DNA of 64,000 bases from an uncultured Collinsella sp. (GTDB lineage: Bacteria > Actinomycetota > Coriobacteriia > Coriobacteriales > Coriobacteriaceae). The notes below the pieces were generated by a model. The model had not been told where the DNA came from and made no database searches. It saw nothing but the letters and a program-made list of their open reading frames with translations. Of the stretch, positions 10,065-23,833 are shown piece after piece. The position numbers and the translations under genes were made by a program. Within the stretch, counting starts at the first letter, position 1. Each line of letters begins with the position of its first letter. Location: the NCBI GenBank assembly GCA_959600835.1, contig CAUGNQ010000001.1, positions 41,175 through 105,174 of the forward strand, given 5' to 3'.

Positions 10065-11501
10065 TTACGGCAGGGGGATAAGACCCGAAACCGCAGTGAA
10101 TGCCATGCAGATAACGCTTACGACCAGGAAGAATTTCCAAGCGACCTTCCACCACTGGCCTAGCGGAATCTTGCAGACGCCAAGACCGGCAACGAGCATC
10201 GCGCTTGTTGGCGAAATGAGAGACATGGCCGCGCTGCCCATGGAAAGACCAGTAACTGCGGCCTCGGGGTTTAAGCCCATCAGCTCAACAAGCGGGCCGA
10301 AAATGGGAATCGTAAGAGCAGCGATGCCCGAGGAGCTCGGAACGAGGATCGACAGAAGGTTATCCACGACATAGAGAATGCTCGTAAAGATAACTGCCGG
10401 AACTCCGGAGAGAGCCGTGGCGAGCGTGTTGAGAATCGTATCGATGATGAGGCCGTCATTGGCGATTACGAGGATTCCGCGGGCGAGGCCAACAACGATG
10501 GCAGAGAACGCGAAGTCTGCAATTCCCTTAACGAACTCGCCAGCGATCTCCTTCTCATTCATCCCGGAAACAACACCCGAAAGAAGGGCCATGGCCAAGA
10601 AAATCGCAGAGATTTCGTTCATGTACCAGCCCTGGGCCACCAGACCCCAAATGATGGCGGCAAGTCCAAGCACGAAAATAACCATAACGGCTTTCTGCCT
10701 ACCGGTGAACTCGCTATCGAGGAGATTCTCGTCCGCACCAAACTCTTTGCGCTTCTCGATATCATCGTGGAAAGCTGGGGATGCCTCGGGATTCTTCTTA
10801 ACCTTGAGGGCATACATCACAACCCATGCGATGGCAACTGCAGTGAGCACGGCAAGGGCAATAGTACGCAACCAAAGCTGGGGGTTGCCCTGGATACCGA
10901 GGATGCCCTGGGAAATCAGGACGTTGAACGGATTGACGGTAGATGCGATGTATCCGATACGGGCACCCACAAACACCGTCATGAACGCTGTAATTGAGTC
11001 GAAGCCCATGGCCATCATGATCGGCATAAGAATCGCAAAGAACGGAAGCGTCTCCTCTGCCATACCAAAGGTGCTGCCGCCCAAGGCAAAAAGCGCCATT
11101 AGGATCGGAATGATGAGGACGTCCTTGCTCTTGAACTTCTTCACCACTCGGGCGACGCCGCTCGTGATGGCTCCGGTCGCCGTGATGACCTGGAAGGAAC
11201 CTCCCACGATCATAATGAATGCAACGACCTCGACCGCTTGCTGGATGCCGATCGCAGGGGCCTCAAGTACTTCGAAGATGCCTTGGCGAAGATCGACCTC
11301 GTTGCCGTCCTCGTCCGTATAGACCTTATCGACAGGCTCATAGGTGCCCGAGACCGTTACCTCGCGACCGTTAACCTCCTGGCGCTCAAACGAACCCGAA
11401 GGCACGACCCAGGTCAGAACGGCAAATACGGCCATCAAGACGAGAATGATGGTGTACACGTGCGGGACTCGAAGAGTGCGCTTCTTTTCTGTCTCTGCCA
11501 T
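10065..11501 (-). CDS. YfcC-family basic amino acid antiporter (ArcD-like role)
   Basis: VPHVYTII...WVVPSGSFER, TFGMAEE, STVNPF, VPSSSG, ISPTS; first gene of the arc operon. Confidence 0.88.
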   Translation of the reverse strand: MAETEKKRTLRVPHVYTIILVLMAVFAVLTWVVPSGSFERQEVNGREVTVSGTYEPVDKVYTDEDGNEVDLRQGIFEVLEAPAIGIQQAVEVVAFIMIVGGSFQVITATGAITSGVARVVKKFKSKDVLIIPILMALFALGGSTFGMAEETLPFFAILMPIMMAMGFDSITAFMTVFVGARIGYIASTVNPFNVLISQGILGIQGNPQLWLRTIALAVLTAVAIAWVVMYALKVKKNPEASPAFHDDIEKRKEFGADENLLDSEFTGRQKAVMVIFVLGLAAIIWGLVAQGWYMNEISAIFLAMALLSGVVSGMNEKEIAGEFVKGIADFAFSAIVVGLARGILVIANDGLIIDTILNTLATALSGVPAVIFTSILYVVDNLLSILVPSSSGIAALTIPIFGPLVELMGLNPEAAVTGLSMGSAAMSLISPTSAMLVAGLGVCKIPLGQWWKVAWKFFLVVSVICMAFTAVSGLIPLP

Positions 11502-11649
11502 CTCTCCTCCTTAATTCAGGGGTTTTTCGTTGCCGGCAAAGCCATTGTGTCATCGCGCAAAACACCCTTCCGTCTCTTCGCCCGCCAACGAAGCGCATCG
11601 ACCCGTAAACGGACTTTAGATTGAAGTAATTTGTCAATTTGCTTTCTAG

Positions 11650-11668
11650 ATTGATGTTTAACATCAAT
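11650..11668. promoter_or_regulatory. Palindrome ATTGATGTT-T-AACATCAAT in the divergent promoter region; candidate operator
   Basis: Perfect 9-bp arms in AT-rich DNA between the divergent yfcC and second deiminase genes. Confidence 0.5.
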
Positions 11669-11778
11669 TACTAAGCCGGTTCGTGCCATTCACCTGTGAC
11701 AGATATGATGTAAATTGCATCGAACTCGTAATGTGCCACTATGGAAGCAATCAATACTCATCGCCAAAGCGAGGTCTT

Positions 11779-13029
11779 ATGTCCGCACTACATGTTCAAA
11801 ACGAAATAGGAAAGCTAAAAAAGGCCCTCCTGCACTGCCCCGGCCCCGAAACGCGCAACTACCCCGACGGGCAGTTCAATCGGGTCTTTACGTTGCGTCC
11901 GTCTAGCAGCTCATTCGATCTTGATAAAGCCCTTAGGGAGCATCATGCTTACTCGGCGATGCTCGAGCACGAAGGGGTAGAGATTCTCTATCTTGAAAAC
12001 CTTCTTACCGAAGCCCTTGATGCGACAGAGCAAGCGCGTCGCTCTTTTATCGATAGCTACATTTCAGAATGCGGCGCGCGGGGCATTGAGCTCGAGTCTG
12101 CCATTCGCGAGTATCTTGAGCATATCGAAGGTTCCCGCGACCTGGTCCAGGCAGCCGTCAACGGCGTTCGCTACTCCCAGGTCTTCGACACGAACAAGGA
12201 GGTGTTCAGCCTCTCAAAGCTGACGGGAGACGCATACTCACCCGACGACCTTCTCATAGCCCCCCTTAACACCATGTGGTTCACGCGCGATCCAGCAAGC
12301 GTCATCGGCGAAGGTGTCACGCTCAACCATATGTACTGGCCAGAGCGCAACCGTGAGGTTATCGCCTATAAAACGATTTTTAACTATCATCCGGATTTCC
12401 GCGAGACTCCTCAGTTCTTCAAGCATGAATCGACTTACCACATTGAAGGCGGCGACCTTCACAACCTCAACAGCGAAAATGTAGCCGTTGGCATCTCTCA
12501 ACGAACCGAGCCAGCAGCTATAGACACCCTAGCGAATAACTTGCTCTGGGACGAGAACTCGACTATTGAGTCCGTATGGGCCATTGAGGTTCCCTACGAT
12601 GATCTCTGCATTCATCTCGACACATACTTTGCTCGTGTTAACTATGAGACATTCCTCATTGACCGGGAGCTCCTGGACCAAGCGCGAGTCTACTGCATTA
12701 CACGAGGCAGATCGGAAAGGACAACCCGGGCGCGTCATGTCGAAGGCGGACTAAAAGAAGCGCTGGGATTAGCCCTGGGTTTAAGTTCACCGCAATTTAT
12801 CCCTTGCGGCGGCTCAAATCCCGGAGCGGCAGAGGTCGAAAGAACCAACCATGCCATAAGCACCCTTTGCCTGGAGCCCGGCAAGGTCTGCGTATACGAA
12901 GAGAACACCGAGACTAACAAGGCACTGGAGCAGGCCGGTATTGAACTTGTTCCCATCTCTATCTTTGAGCTGACAAACGGCTTTGGCGGCCCCAACTGCC
13001 TCTGCCTTCCCCTCGTCCGCGCTTCATAA
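11779..13029 (+). CDS. Second, divergent arginine deiminase-family protein
   Basis: Start MSALHVQNEIG after gagg RBS; WFTRDP, IEGGD, IHLDT, GFGGPNCLC. Confidence 0.85.
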   Translation: MSALHVQNEIGKLKKALLHCPGPETRNYPDGQFNRVFTLRPSSSSFDLDKALREHHAYSAMLEHEGVEILYLENLLTEALDATEQARRSFIDSYISECGARGIELESAIREYLEHIEGSRDLVQAAVNGVRYSQVFDTNKEVFSLSKLTGDAYSPDDLLIAPLNTMWFTRDPASVIGEGVTLNHMYWPERNREVIAYKTIFNYHPDFRETPQFFKHESTYHIEGGDLHNLNSENVAVGISQRTEPAAIDTLANNLLWDENSTIESVWAIEVPYDDLCIHLDTYFARVNYETFLIDRELLDQARVYCITRGRSERTTRARHVEGGLKEALGLALGLSSPQFIPCGGSNPGAAEVERTNHAISTLCLEPGKVCVYEENTETNKALEQAGIELVPISIFELTNGFGGPNCLCLPLVRAS

Positions 13030-13030
13030 C

Positions 13031-13681
13031 ATGGGAACGGGTCAAAACATAAAGGCGCTTCGCAAGCGCGACCAGCTCACGCAGGAGGAGTTCGCGGCAC
13101 TTGTCGGCGTCTCCAAAGAAACGGTATGCCGTTGGGAAAAGGACCGCTATGCCATCCGCCGGTCGACACTGCTCAAGATCGTTTCGAAATTCAATCTGCA
13201 GTTTGACGACCTCGCATCGGAAACCGCAGGGCTTGCCGCAAAGCTCGACCACGAGGGGCGGAAGGGGGAATCCAAGGAAACTACTACTGACTCCCTTTGT
13301 GATGTATTTAAAATTCAGATGAATGGAGGCAGAACGGGACTCAAGCAGACCGGAACAACGGCGCTCCCCTCATCCGTATTCAAAAACCATCGCGGGTGCT
13401 TCTTTGTTCAAATGGACACATCTGCCATGTCCAAATGCTATCCGATAGGATCCCTTCTCCTCGTGGATCCAAACCTGAAACCCTGGAACGGATGCTCCGT
13501 CCTCGCCTTGGCCGATAATTCCAGAATGGTCATACGGCGATATAGCACCGGCACGAACACCGTGATGCTGTCATCCTACTCATATCGCACGTCGGAACCG
13601 GATATTGTGCTGGACAAACGCCGAATCAGGATTCTCGGAGTCATCGTCTGGTTTCAGGCATCCCATGACCTGAGCATCTAA
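13031..13681 (+). CDS. XRE-family HTH regulator with C-terminal S24-like domain
   Basis: IKALRKRDQLTQEEFAALVGVSKETVCRWE HTH; C-terminal FFVQM...LLLVDP...IRILGVIVW. ATG lies 1 nt after the upstream stop. Confidence 0.85.
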   Translation: MGTGQNIKALRKRDQLTQEEFAALVGVSKETVCRWEKDRYAIRRSTLLKIVSKFNLQFDDLASETAGLAAKLDHEGRKGESKETTTDSLCDVFKIQMNGGRTGLKQTGTTALPSSVFKNHRGCFFVQMDTSAMSKCYPIGSLLLVDPNLKPWNGCSVLALADNSRMVIRRYSTGTNTVMLSSYSYRTSEPDIVLDKRRIRILGVIVWFQASHDLSI

Positions 13682-13721
13682 CCAAATTTGCTCTTGTTTA
13701 CCCCCTGCACACATCTCAAAC

Positions 13722-14767
13722 AGCAAAAGCCCCGCAGCCGGAGCGGACTGCGGGGCTCGTGAAGAGAGGCTAGTCTGTGGGCGTCTTGCCTGGCGCCCAC
13801 GGGAGAGGCAACGGAGTAGGGACTACTCGTGGATGCGGGTGCCGGAGAGGCCGGCCATGGTCTCGGCGGCCTTGTCCAGGGCGCCGATGATGCAGGTGCG
13901 GCCCTTGCGGGAGCGGGCGAACTTGATGGCGGCGCGGACCTTGGGCTCCATGGAACCCTTGCCGAACTGGCCCTCGTCGGCCAGGCGCTCGGCCTCGTCG
14001 GCGGTGAGGTCCTCGAGCTCCTCCTGGTTGGGCTTGCCGAAGTTGATGGCGACATGCTCGACGGCGGTCAGCAGGAACAGGACGTCGGCGTCGCAGTCCT
14101 CGGCCAGCAGCTCGCCGCCCAGATCCTTGTCGATAACGGCGGGAACGCCCTTGTAGCAGCCCTTGTTCTCGTAGTCGCGGACGACGGGGATGCCGCCGCC
14201 ACCGCAGGCGATGACGATGAACTCGTTGTCGAGCAGGTTGAGGATGGAGTCGGCCTCGACGATCTTCTTGGGATCGGGGGAGGCGACGACGCGACGCCAG
14301 CCGCGGCCGGAATCCTCGACGAAGACCTTGGAGGGGTCCTCGGCCATGAACTCCTTGGCCTGCTCCTCGGTGTAGAAGGGGCCGATCGGCTTGGTCGGGT
14401 TCTTGAACGCGGGATCGTCCGGGTCGCACTCGATCTGGGTGACGACGGTGGCGGCGTGCCAACGCTTATAGCGCTTGTGCATCTCGCGGCCGATGCCCTG
14501 CTGCAGGTGGTAGCCGATGTAGCCCTGGGACATGGCGCCGCACTCGGGCAGCGGCATCTCGGGGGTGCCGATGGCGTCGTGGGCGGCGGCGAAGGCGTTC
14601 TGGATCATGCCGACCTGCGGGCCGTTGCCGTGGGTGATGATGATCTCGTTGCCCTGCTCGATGAGGCCGAGGAGCGCGTGGGCGGTGTTGCTCACGGCCT
14701 CGATCTGCTCGACGGGGTTGTTGCCGAGGGCGTTGCCGCCGAGGGCGACGACAATACGATCGGGCTT
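13722..14767. repeat. Direct repeat copy 2 (terminator plus nearly all of arcC)
   Basis: Near-identical to 6597-7642. Confidence 0.95.
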
Positions 14768-14785
14768 GCCAAGAGGCTTAGACAT
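13823..14785 (-). CDS. arcC: Carbamate kinase (copy 2)
   Basis: Protein identical to copy 1 apart from MSKPLGK versus MSKPYGK; start at 14785 after an aaagga RBS. Confidence 0.97.
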   Translation of the reverse strand: MSKPLGKPDRIVVALGGNALGNNPVEQIEAVSNTAHALLGLIEQGNEIIITHGNGPQVGMIQNAFAAAHDAIGTPEMPLPECGAMSQGYIGYHLQQGIGREMHKRYKRWHAATVVTQIECDPDDPAFKNPTKPIGPFYTEEQAKEFMAEDPSKVFVEDSGRGWRRVVASPDPKKIVEADSILNLLDNEFIVIACGGGGIPVVRDYENKGCYKGVPAVIDKDLGGELLAEDCDADVLFLLTAVEHVAINFGKPNQEELEDLTADEAERLADEGQFGKGSMEPKVRAAIKFARSRKGRTCIIGALDKAAETMAGLSGTRIHE

Positions 14786-15344
14786 TGCTGGAATCCTTTC
14801 TGTAAAAGGCCTACAACCCATTAATAACCCGCGTCCGTGCGATACGCGAGTTTATTAAGGTTTATATTCTCTTTATCGCTCATTTTATTCATTTTGAAAA
14901 CAGTTGAACGGTGAACGGTCGTTTTTACCCGCTCAGCGTAAGGAATCCCAGCTCACGCATGTTTACGTCATCTACGTGCGACTTTATTTAATTAGAGCAG
15001 AGATTAGGCTGGATTATGCAAACTATATCTTTGCTAAACACATAACCGACACTGCAATTATTTACTCGCACTATACGAGATTCTATGCACTTGCAAGACA
15101 AGTATGCACCCCTGCAATAACACGGGGCTTTTCATCCAACAAAAGGGATAGCCAATCGCGCTTCACTTTGCGGCAAGCGATTGTGAGTTCGCAGTATGGA
15201 ACTTTACCGTCGGATACTGCATGAACGCCGTCGACGCCCTCTCGCTCCTGCGCGCCCAGGCAATCGAGAACATCAGCGGCGTCCCCAGTCTTTTTGCATG
15301 GCACCGCGCCGGCTCGATGGCTCTGGGACCTAAGCGAATCTTTG

Positions 15345-15428
15345 CTATCTGCCAATTTTTGTATGATTTGGGTCATTCCTATCTGCCAATTTTTGTATGA
15401 TTAGGGGCAAATCTATTTGCCAATTTTG
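15345..15428. repeat. Three 34-bp-period direct repeats (ctatctgccaatttttgtatgatt) upstream of the AAA ATPase
   Basis: Units start at 15345, 15379 and 15413 (third degenerate). Confidence 0.8.
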
Positions 15429-15443
15429 TCATTGAGGGGTTTT

Positions 15444-16805
15444 ATGCTACGCCGTAAGGTCACTGACAGGCTTTTGAGCTGGAAGAACAACTCCAATAAA
15501 GCGTTGCTTGTTACTGGTGCGCGTCAGATTGGCAAGAGCTATGCGATTCGCGCGTTTGGTAAAGACAACTACGCGTCGTATTTTGAAGCCAATTTGCTGC
15601 TCGATGCCGAGGCAAGAGATGTGCTCATTGGCGCTAAGAACGCCGTTGACTTTATCAACCGCGTGGCCCTTCTTGCGGATGCACCGCTTGTTGAGGGAAA
15701 TACGCTTATCTTTGTCGATGAAATACAGGAGTATCCGCAGATCGTCACGCTCATGAAGGCGTTGGTCGAGGACGGGCGCTTTTGCTATGTCTTCTCGGGG
15801 TCTATGCTTGGGACTGAGTTTAAGGGGATCTCTTCTTTCCCGGTGGGGTATGTCGAGCACATTGTTATGCGGCCAATGGATTTTGAAGAGTTTTGTTGGG
15901 CAAACAGCATCAGCGAGAATGTGCTTGCAGACATCCGCAGCTGCCTTGTCGAAAGGCGTCCCGTCGAAAACTATATTCATGAGGCGATGCTCAAAAACTT
16001 TAGAGCTTATATCGTTTGCGGCGGCATGCCGGAGGTCGTACAGAACTATATCGATTCGGGTTATTCACTCGTGAGGACGCGTGAGCTTCAAATTCAGCTG
16101 GTCGATCAGTACAAAAGTGATATCTCTAAATATGCATCGACTCGAGCGTTTAATGTTCGCGCGATTTTCGAACAAATTCCCGTTCAGCTTGAGGCGGAGT
16201 CCCATCGCTTTGTTGTTTCATCCCTGGGCGAGGGGGCTCGCCTTCAAAAATACGAGCAGGATTTCCTATGGCTGGTGAACGCGGGCGTCGGTTTGATGGT
16301 CGCCCAGGTGACGGAGGCCCGGAGTCCTCTTAAGAGGACAGAGAAGGCGACCGCCTTTAAACTATACGAGTCTGATACAGGTATGCTCGCATCACGGTAT
16401 CCCGGCAGCACGGCACGCGCTGTCTACCTTGATATGAAAACCCCCAACCTCGGCGGTCTCTATGAGAACGTGGTCGCGCAGGAGCTTGTCGCCCTTGGAA
16501 CTGATGCATGGTACTACCAGACACGCGAGGTCGGCGAAGTTGACTTTGTGATCGAAGGCACCCGCGGGCACGTTGTCCCAATCGAGGTCAAATCGGGCAA
16601 GAAGGTTCGAGCCCATGCGGCCCTCGACCGTCTGATGAGCGTGAGCGAGTACAAAATCCCCGAGGCCGTTGTGCTAAGCCACGAGAACCTCAGCAAAGAG
16701 GGCAAGGTTCTGTACGTTCCAATCTATATGACATTCTGCCTCGATGAGTTTATGGAAAAGGACGACCCCAACAACGATTTCTCGTTTGCACCCATATCCC
16801 TCTAG
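15444..16805 (+). CDS. AAA_14 ATPase with DUF4143/PD-(D/E)xK-like C-terminus
   Basis: GARQIGKS Walker A, FVDEIQ Walker B, GGMPEVV, KLYESDTG, YENVV, EVDFV...IEVKSG. Confidence 0.88.
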   Translation: MLRRKVTDRLLSWKNNSNKALLVTGARQIGKSYAIRAFGKDNYASYFEANLLLDAEARDVLIGAKNAVDFINRVALLADAPLVEGNTLIFVDEIQEYPQIVTLMKALVEDGRFCYVFSGSMLGTEFKGISSFPVGYVEHIVMRPMDFEEFCWANSISENVLADIRSCLVERRPVENYIHEAMLKNFRAYIVCGGMPEVVQNYIDSGYSLVRTRELQIQLVDQYKSDISKYASTRAFNVRAIFEQIPVQLEAESHRFVVSSLGEGARLQKYEQDFLWLVNAGVGLMVAQVTEARSPLKRTEKATAFKLYESDTGMLASRYPGSTARAVYLDMKTPNLGGLYENVVAQELVALGTDAWYYQTREVGEVDFVIEGTRGHVVPIEVKSGKKVRAHAALDRLMSVSEYKIPEAVVLSHENLSKEGKVLYVPIYMTFCLDEFMEKDDPNNDFSFAPISL

Positions 16806-16989
16806 GCCATCTGGGTCCGCAACCAAATCCCCCTCTATGCCCAAAGTGGCGCGTGGTTTCGCGGCAAAGGCGCGAAACAGCGACCGGGACAAGGCACCCC
16901 ACCAACCACGTCCTTCATCAGCCCACACAATCCGAGGACGTAGTCGTAGCAGGATCTGAGGGCTAACCTTCGCGGACACTCCGCAGGAC

Positions 16990-17032
16990 GAAAGAACCCC
17001 CGCCGCACGTAGTGCGCAGCGGGGGTTCTTTC
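16990..17032. terminator. Bidirectional terminator between the convergent ATPase and nifJ genes
   Basis: gaaagaacccccgc...gcgggggttctttc stem-loop. Confidence 0.75.
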
Positions 17033-17083
17033 ATGTCCGAGGACGTCCGCGAAGGTCAGCCCTCAGATCCTGCGGTGGGAGAC

Positions 17084-20623
<3,540 letters not shown>

Positions 20624-21074
20624 ATACCCCTCTCCTCTCATATAGGTATACAGGCCCCGGCGATCGCCGGGATGTTGGCGTGATGGGATTTACGCTGTTG
20701 CTTCCAATCATCTGGCAGGCAGGCTCAGCAGCAGGTACGTGGCGTGGAGAGAAGACATGCCGAGGCGAGGGGCAACTGATGCGCCCCACAGACCCGACCG
20801 CCCGTCTTGCACATGACCGAGCGCCGCAAAGGCCGCATGCCGGATGCTCCCGGGCACGCCCCGGCGATGGGAGGCACCCGCAACGGAAATCCGCATGCGG
20901 GTTTATTGTACCCCGCCGCCAAGTGTAATTTCGACAAATATAGGTGGGCGGTAAAGGTTTACCTCGGGTGACCGCCAAGGGCCAAAATGAACGCTTCGTC
21001 CCCGGGCGATTGGCCCTGGCGCGCCATGGAGTGTCCCGGAGTGCCGGCATAAAAGGAACGTCCCCATCTGCCGA

Positions 21075-21505
21075 CTAGAGGGCGCCGACGCCGAGGAGGA
21101 TAGCGTAGGTGGTGGATTCGCCAAGTCTGAGCTCGTCGCCGGGGTTGAGCTGAGCGGAGCGGCCGGGCTCGACCTGGATGCAGACGTTCGTCGCGCCGTT
21201 TACCACCATGGTTCCGTTGGTGGACGACAAGTCCTCGACGTGCCAGATATTTTGAGCATCGCACCAGATATGGGCATGGCGGGCCGAGACGTCGTCGGTG
21301 ATGCCGCCCTCCCCCGTTGCCAGCGCGCCGATCTCAACGCCTTCCTCACTCGGCTGAATCCAGCGCGGGACGCTCACCACGTAGCCGTTTTGCACGCACA
21401 GCAGTCCCAGCGGATGCGCCGGCGCGACCTCGTGCTCGCCCGCGACCGAAGATGTGCTCAGCGAGCGCGGCGTCGACGTGTCGCCGCCACGGGTCGCATG
21501 AGCGC
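21075..21505 (-). pseudogene. Displaced, 5'-truncated copy of the 3' end of the FHA gene at 27818-28756
   Basis: Translation closely matches the C-terminus of 27818-28756 (VSARHAHIWCDAQNIWHVEDLSSTNGT); no homologous N-terminus or credible start. Confidence 0.8.
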
Positions 21506-22053
21506 GGCGGCTCGCCCGACTTGGAACTAAGGCGGGCGTGAGAGCAAACGGCATAGGGAACGAATCTTGCGGATGTACTCCTCGACGTCAGGCAGGTAAG
21601 CCCCACGAAGTCACCGGGGAGGCCCAAGCGGCCCGGCACCACTTCCAGATTCTGACCAGGGCGAGTCGTTCGCCGGTGGCTGAAGGCTCGCTCCCACCCA
21701 AAAGGGGAGATTCGCGTTGTTCCCCAATCGCTCTCGCATCTTTCATTTTGCTCGAGGTGGGCTATAAAAACTTTCCTGGTGAAAGGCGGCGATTGGTTTC
21801 CTTTCTTTCTAGAGGAGCGCGCCTGTAATCTGTTTTCATCCTAAATCAAGTTAAGATCGGACCTTCCAGAGGCAAGTCGACTCAAACTGCGAGGCTCCAT
21901 GTTGGAATAAAGAGCGCTGTCGAAGTGCCAACAACACAAAGCTTGCCAGTCTCAAATAGAACCTTTTGGGAGTCCGATTGGGCCGCACACCGAATCCCCG
22001 CTGGTGGTTTTTTATAGCTGCGCAACAATAAACAAGGTTAGTGCCAGTCCAGC

Positions 22054-23430
22054 ATGAAATTGAGGAACGTATGCATTTTTTTCTCAGTAAGTGATCGTCG
22101 TTACTGCTTCGATGAGGTCACTCGCAATTGCTTTCAGGTTGACCAAGCATCAGAAGATGCGCTTCGCATATTTGAAGCATCGGGAAGAACGGTCAACTCG
22201 AAGTTGCTAACAAAGTCACTTGCTGCGAAAGGCTACGACCAAACGACCATAGCAGAACTTGAAGACGACATTGATGAGTATCAACGATTGTCTGAGCGGA
22301 CTTTCTTAACAAAAGACACGCCTCGAAAACTTAGATCCATCGAACTCCACGTTTCACATGCATGCAACCTTGGTTGTAGTTACTGTTTTGCCGGTAAAGG
22401 AGATTATGGAACGTCTCCTCTGCTGATGACAGACGAGATAGCCTTCAAGGCGGTCGACTACCTCGTCGCAAGTTCATCGGAAAACGAAACGCTTGCGATC
22501 GTCTTTTTTGGTGGGGAACCCATGATTAACGAGCCGCTGATATGGAAAACGGTCGACTATTCAAAAAGAATATACCCCAATAGAAACTTTACCTATTCTA
22601 TTACGACCAACGGAACGCTTTTGAATGACACTGCTGTGAATTCTTTCAAGGAGCACGGGTTTTCTGTTCTGATTAGTCTCGATGGTACAGGATGCAAGCA
22701 CGATGCATCGCGCCCGTACAAGACGGGAGGCGGCTCTTTCTCCGATATCGACAAAAACGTTCGTCGTTTTTCCGAGTCGTTCCCCTTCGGCGCAAGAGCG
22801 ACCTTAACAAATAATAACTGTAACCTTGTTGAAGACTATCTTCAGTTTAAAGAGATGGGCTTCAGAAGGATTTACTTCTCGCCCGTGAGCTCATTCGATG
22901 AGAATATCAAACTCGACGAACACTCATTAAACAAAATCAGGGCGGGCCTAATAGATTTGGCGGATCAATATCTCAAACAGATTGATCAAGGGGAAAAGCC
23001 CTTGTTTAGAACATTGAAAACTGCAGTTGATTTGATTATGAGCAACAGGATCGCCTTTGTCGGATGCGGGGCTGGCAGGCGTTTTATTTCCGTGACTCCC
23101 GAAGGGGACGTATACCCCTGTCACAGGTTTGTCGGGATGATGCGATTCAAAATGGGCAACATCGTCACCGGAATTGACGAAACTAGGTATATTGAAAACT
23201 GGAGTCAGGGTGTCGAAAAAAGAATTGACTGTACGGACTGTTGGGCTCGGTCTTTCTGTGGTGGGGGCTGTAGCTGGGAGGCTGCAGGCGAGCACGGCTA
23301 CTTGCCCAAGAGTCTACACCCTGCATCATGTGAATATAGAAAAATGTGCTACGAGATGGCTTTTGACCTTATTTCCCGCCACTCATCTTCGCAGGAGAAA
23401 AATCAACGAGAAGCTACTGTATCGGAATAA
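22054..23430 (+). CDS. Radical SAM/SPASM peptide maturase with probable N-terminal RiPP recognition element
   Basis: CNLGCSYC (CxxxCxxC), FFGGEP, TTNGT, SLDG; SPASM motifs CGAG...GDVYPC...CTDCWARSFCGGGC...C; ~90-aa N-terminal extension. Confidence 0.93.
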   Translation: MKLRNVCIFFSVSDRRYCFDEVTRNCFQVDQASEDALRIFEASGRTVNSKLLTKSLAAKGYDQTTIAELEDDIDEYQRLSERTFLTKDTPRKLRSIELHVSHACNLGCSYCFAGKGDYGTSPLLMTDEIAFKAVDYLVASSSENETLAIVFFGGEPMINEPLIWKTVDYSKRIYPNRNFTYSITTNGTLLNDTAVNSFKEHGFSVLISLDGTGCKHDASRPYKTGGGSFSDIDKNVRRFSESFPFGARATLTNNNCNLVEDYLQFKEMGFRRIYFSPVSSFDENIKLDEHSLNKIRAGLIDLADQYLKQIDQGEKPLFRTLKTAVDLIMSNRIAFVGCGAGRRFISVTPEGDVYPCHRFVGMMRFKMGNIVTGIDETRYIENWSQGVEKRIDCTDCWARSFCGGGCSWEAAGEHGYLPKSLHPASCEYRKMCYEMAFDLISRHSSSQEKNQREATVSE

Positions 23431-23599
23431 GCGGTTCAGCGCATTGCTGTCACCATTGTGGAGGTGTTCGTTCTTCTGATTACCGTCTGCGAAGCTTATT
23501 GCTACGTTCGCCGAAACCATTCTAGAAATATGGTGAACTAGACATCTTGGTTTGTTATACACAATATTGAGGTTTTTCTGCACTCAAAGGGAGGTAGTC

Positions 23600-23803
23600 G
23601 TGAAGCATATTCATCCGATTAATCCAGGAAGTGGCGACGAGGCAGGCGTGAAGCCGATGTCTTTTGACTGCCTCTTGGGCATTACTGACATCTGTACTGT
23701 TTATGATAAAGCAGATGGCTGTGGTGCATACGATTACTGCGACTATGACATGGATGGCGGCAGCATCTGCGTTGTAGATCACTGTGGCATTGATCAAACG
23801 TAG
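23600..23803 (+). CDS. RiPP precursor peptide A1 (67 aa; 6 Cys, Asp-rich core)
   Basis: GGAGG RBS then GTG: MKHIHPINPGSGDEAGVKPMSFDCLLGITDICTVYDKADGCGAYDYCDYDMDGGSICVVDHCGIDQT. Confidence 0.85.
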   Translation: MKHIHPINPGSGDEAGVKPMSFDCLLGITDICTVYDKADGCGAYDYCDYDMDGGSICVVDHCGIDQT

Positions 23804-23833
23804 TCTCTAATTGGATTAAGGTGAGGAGCTGTT

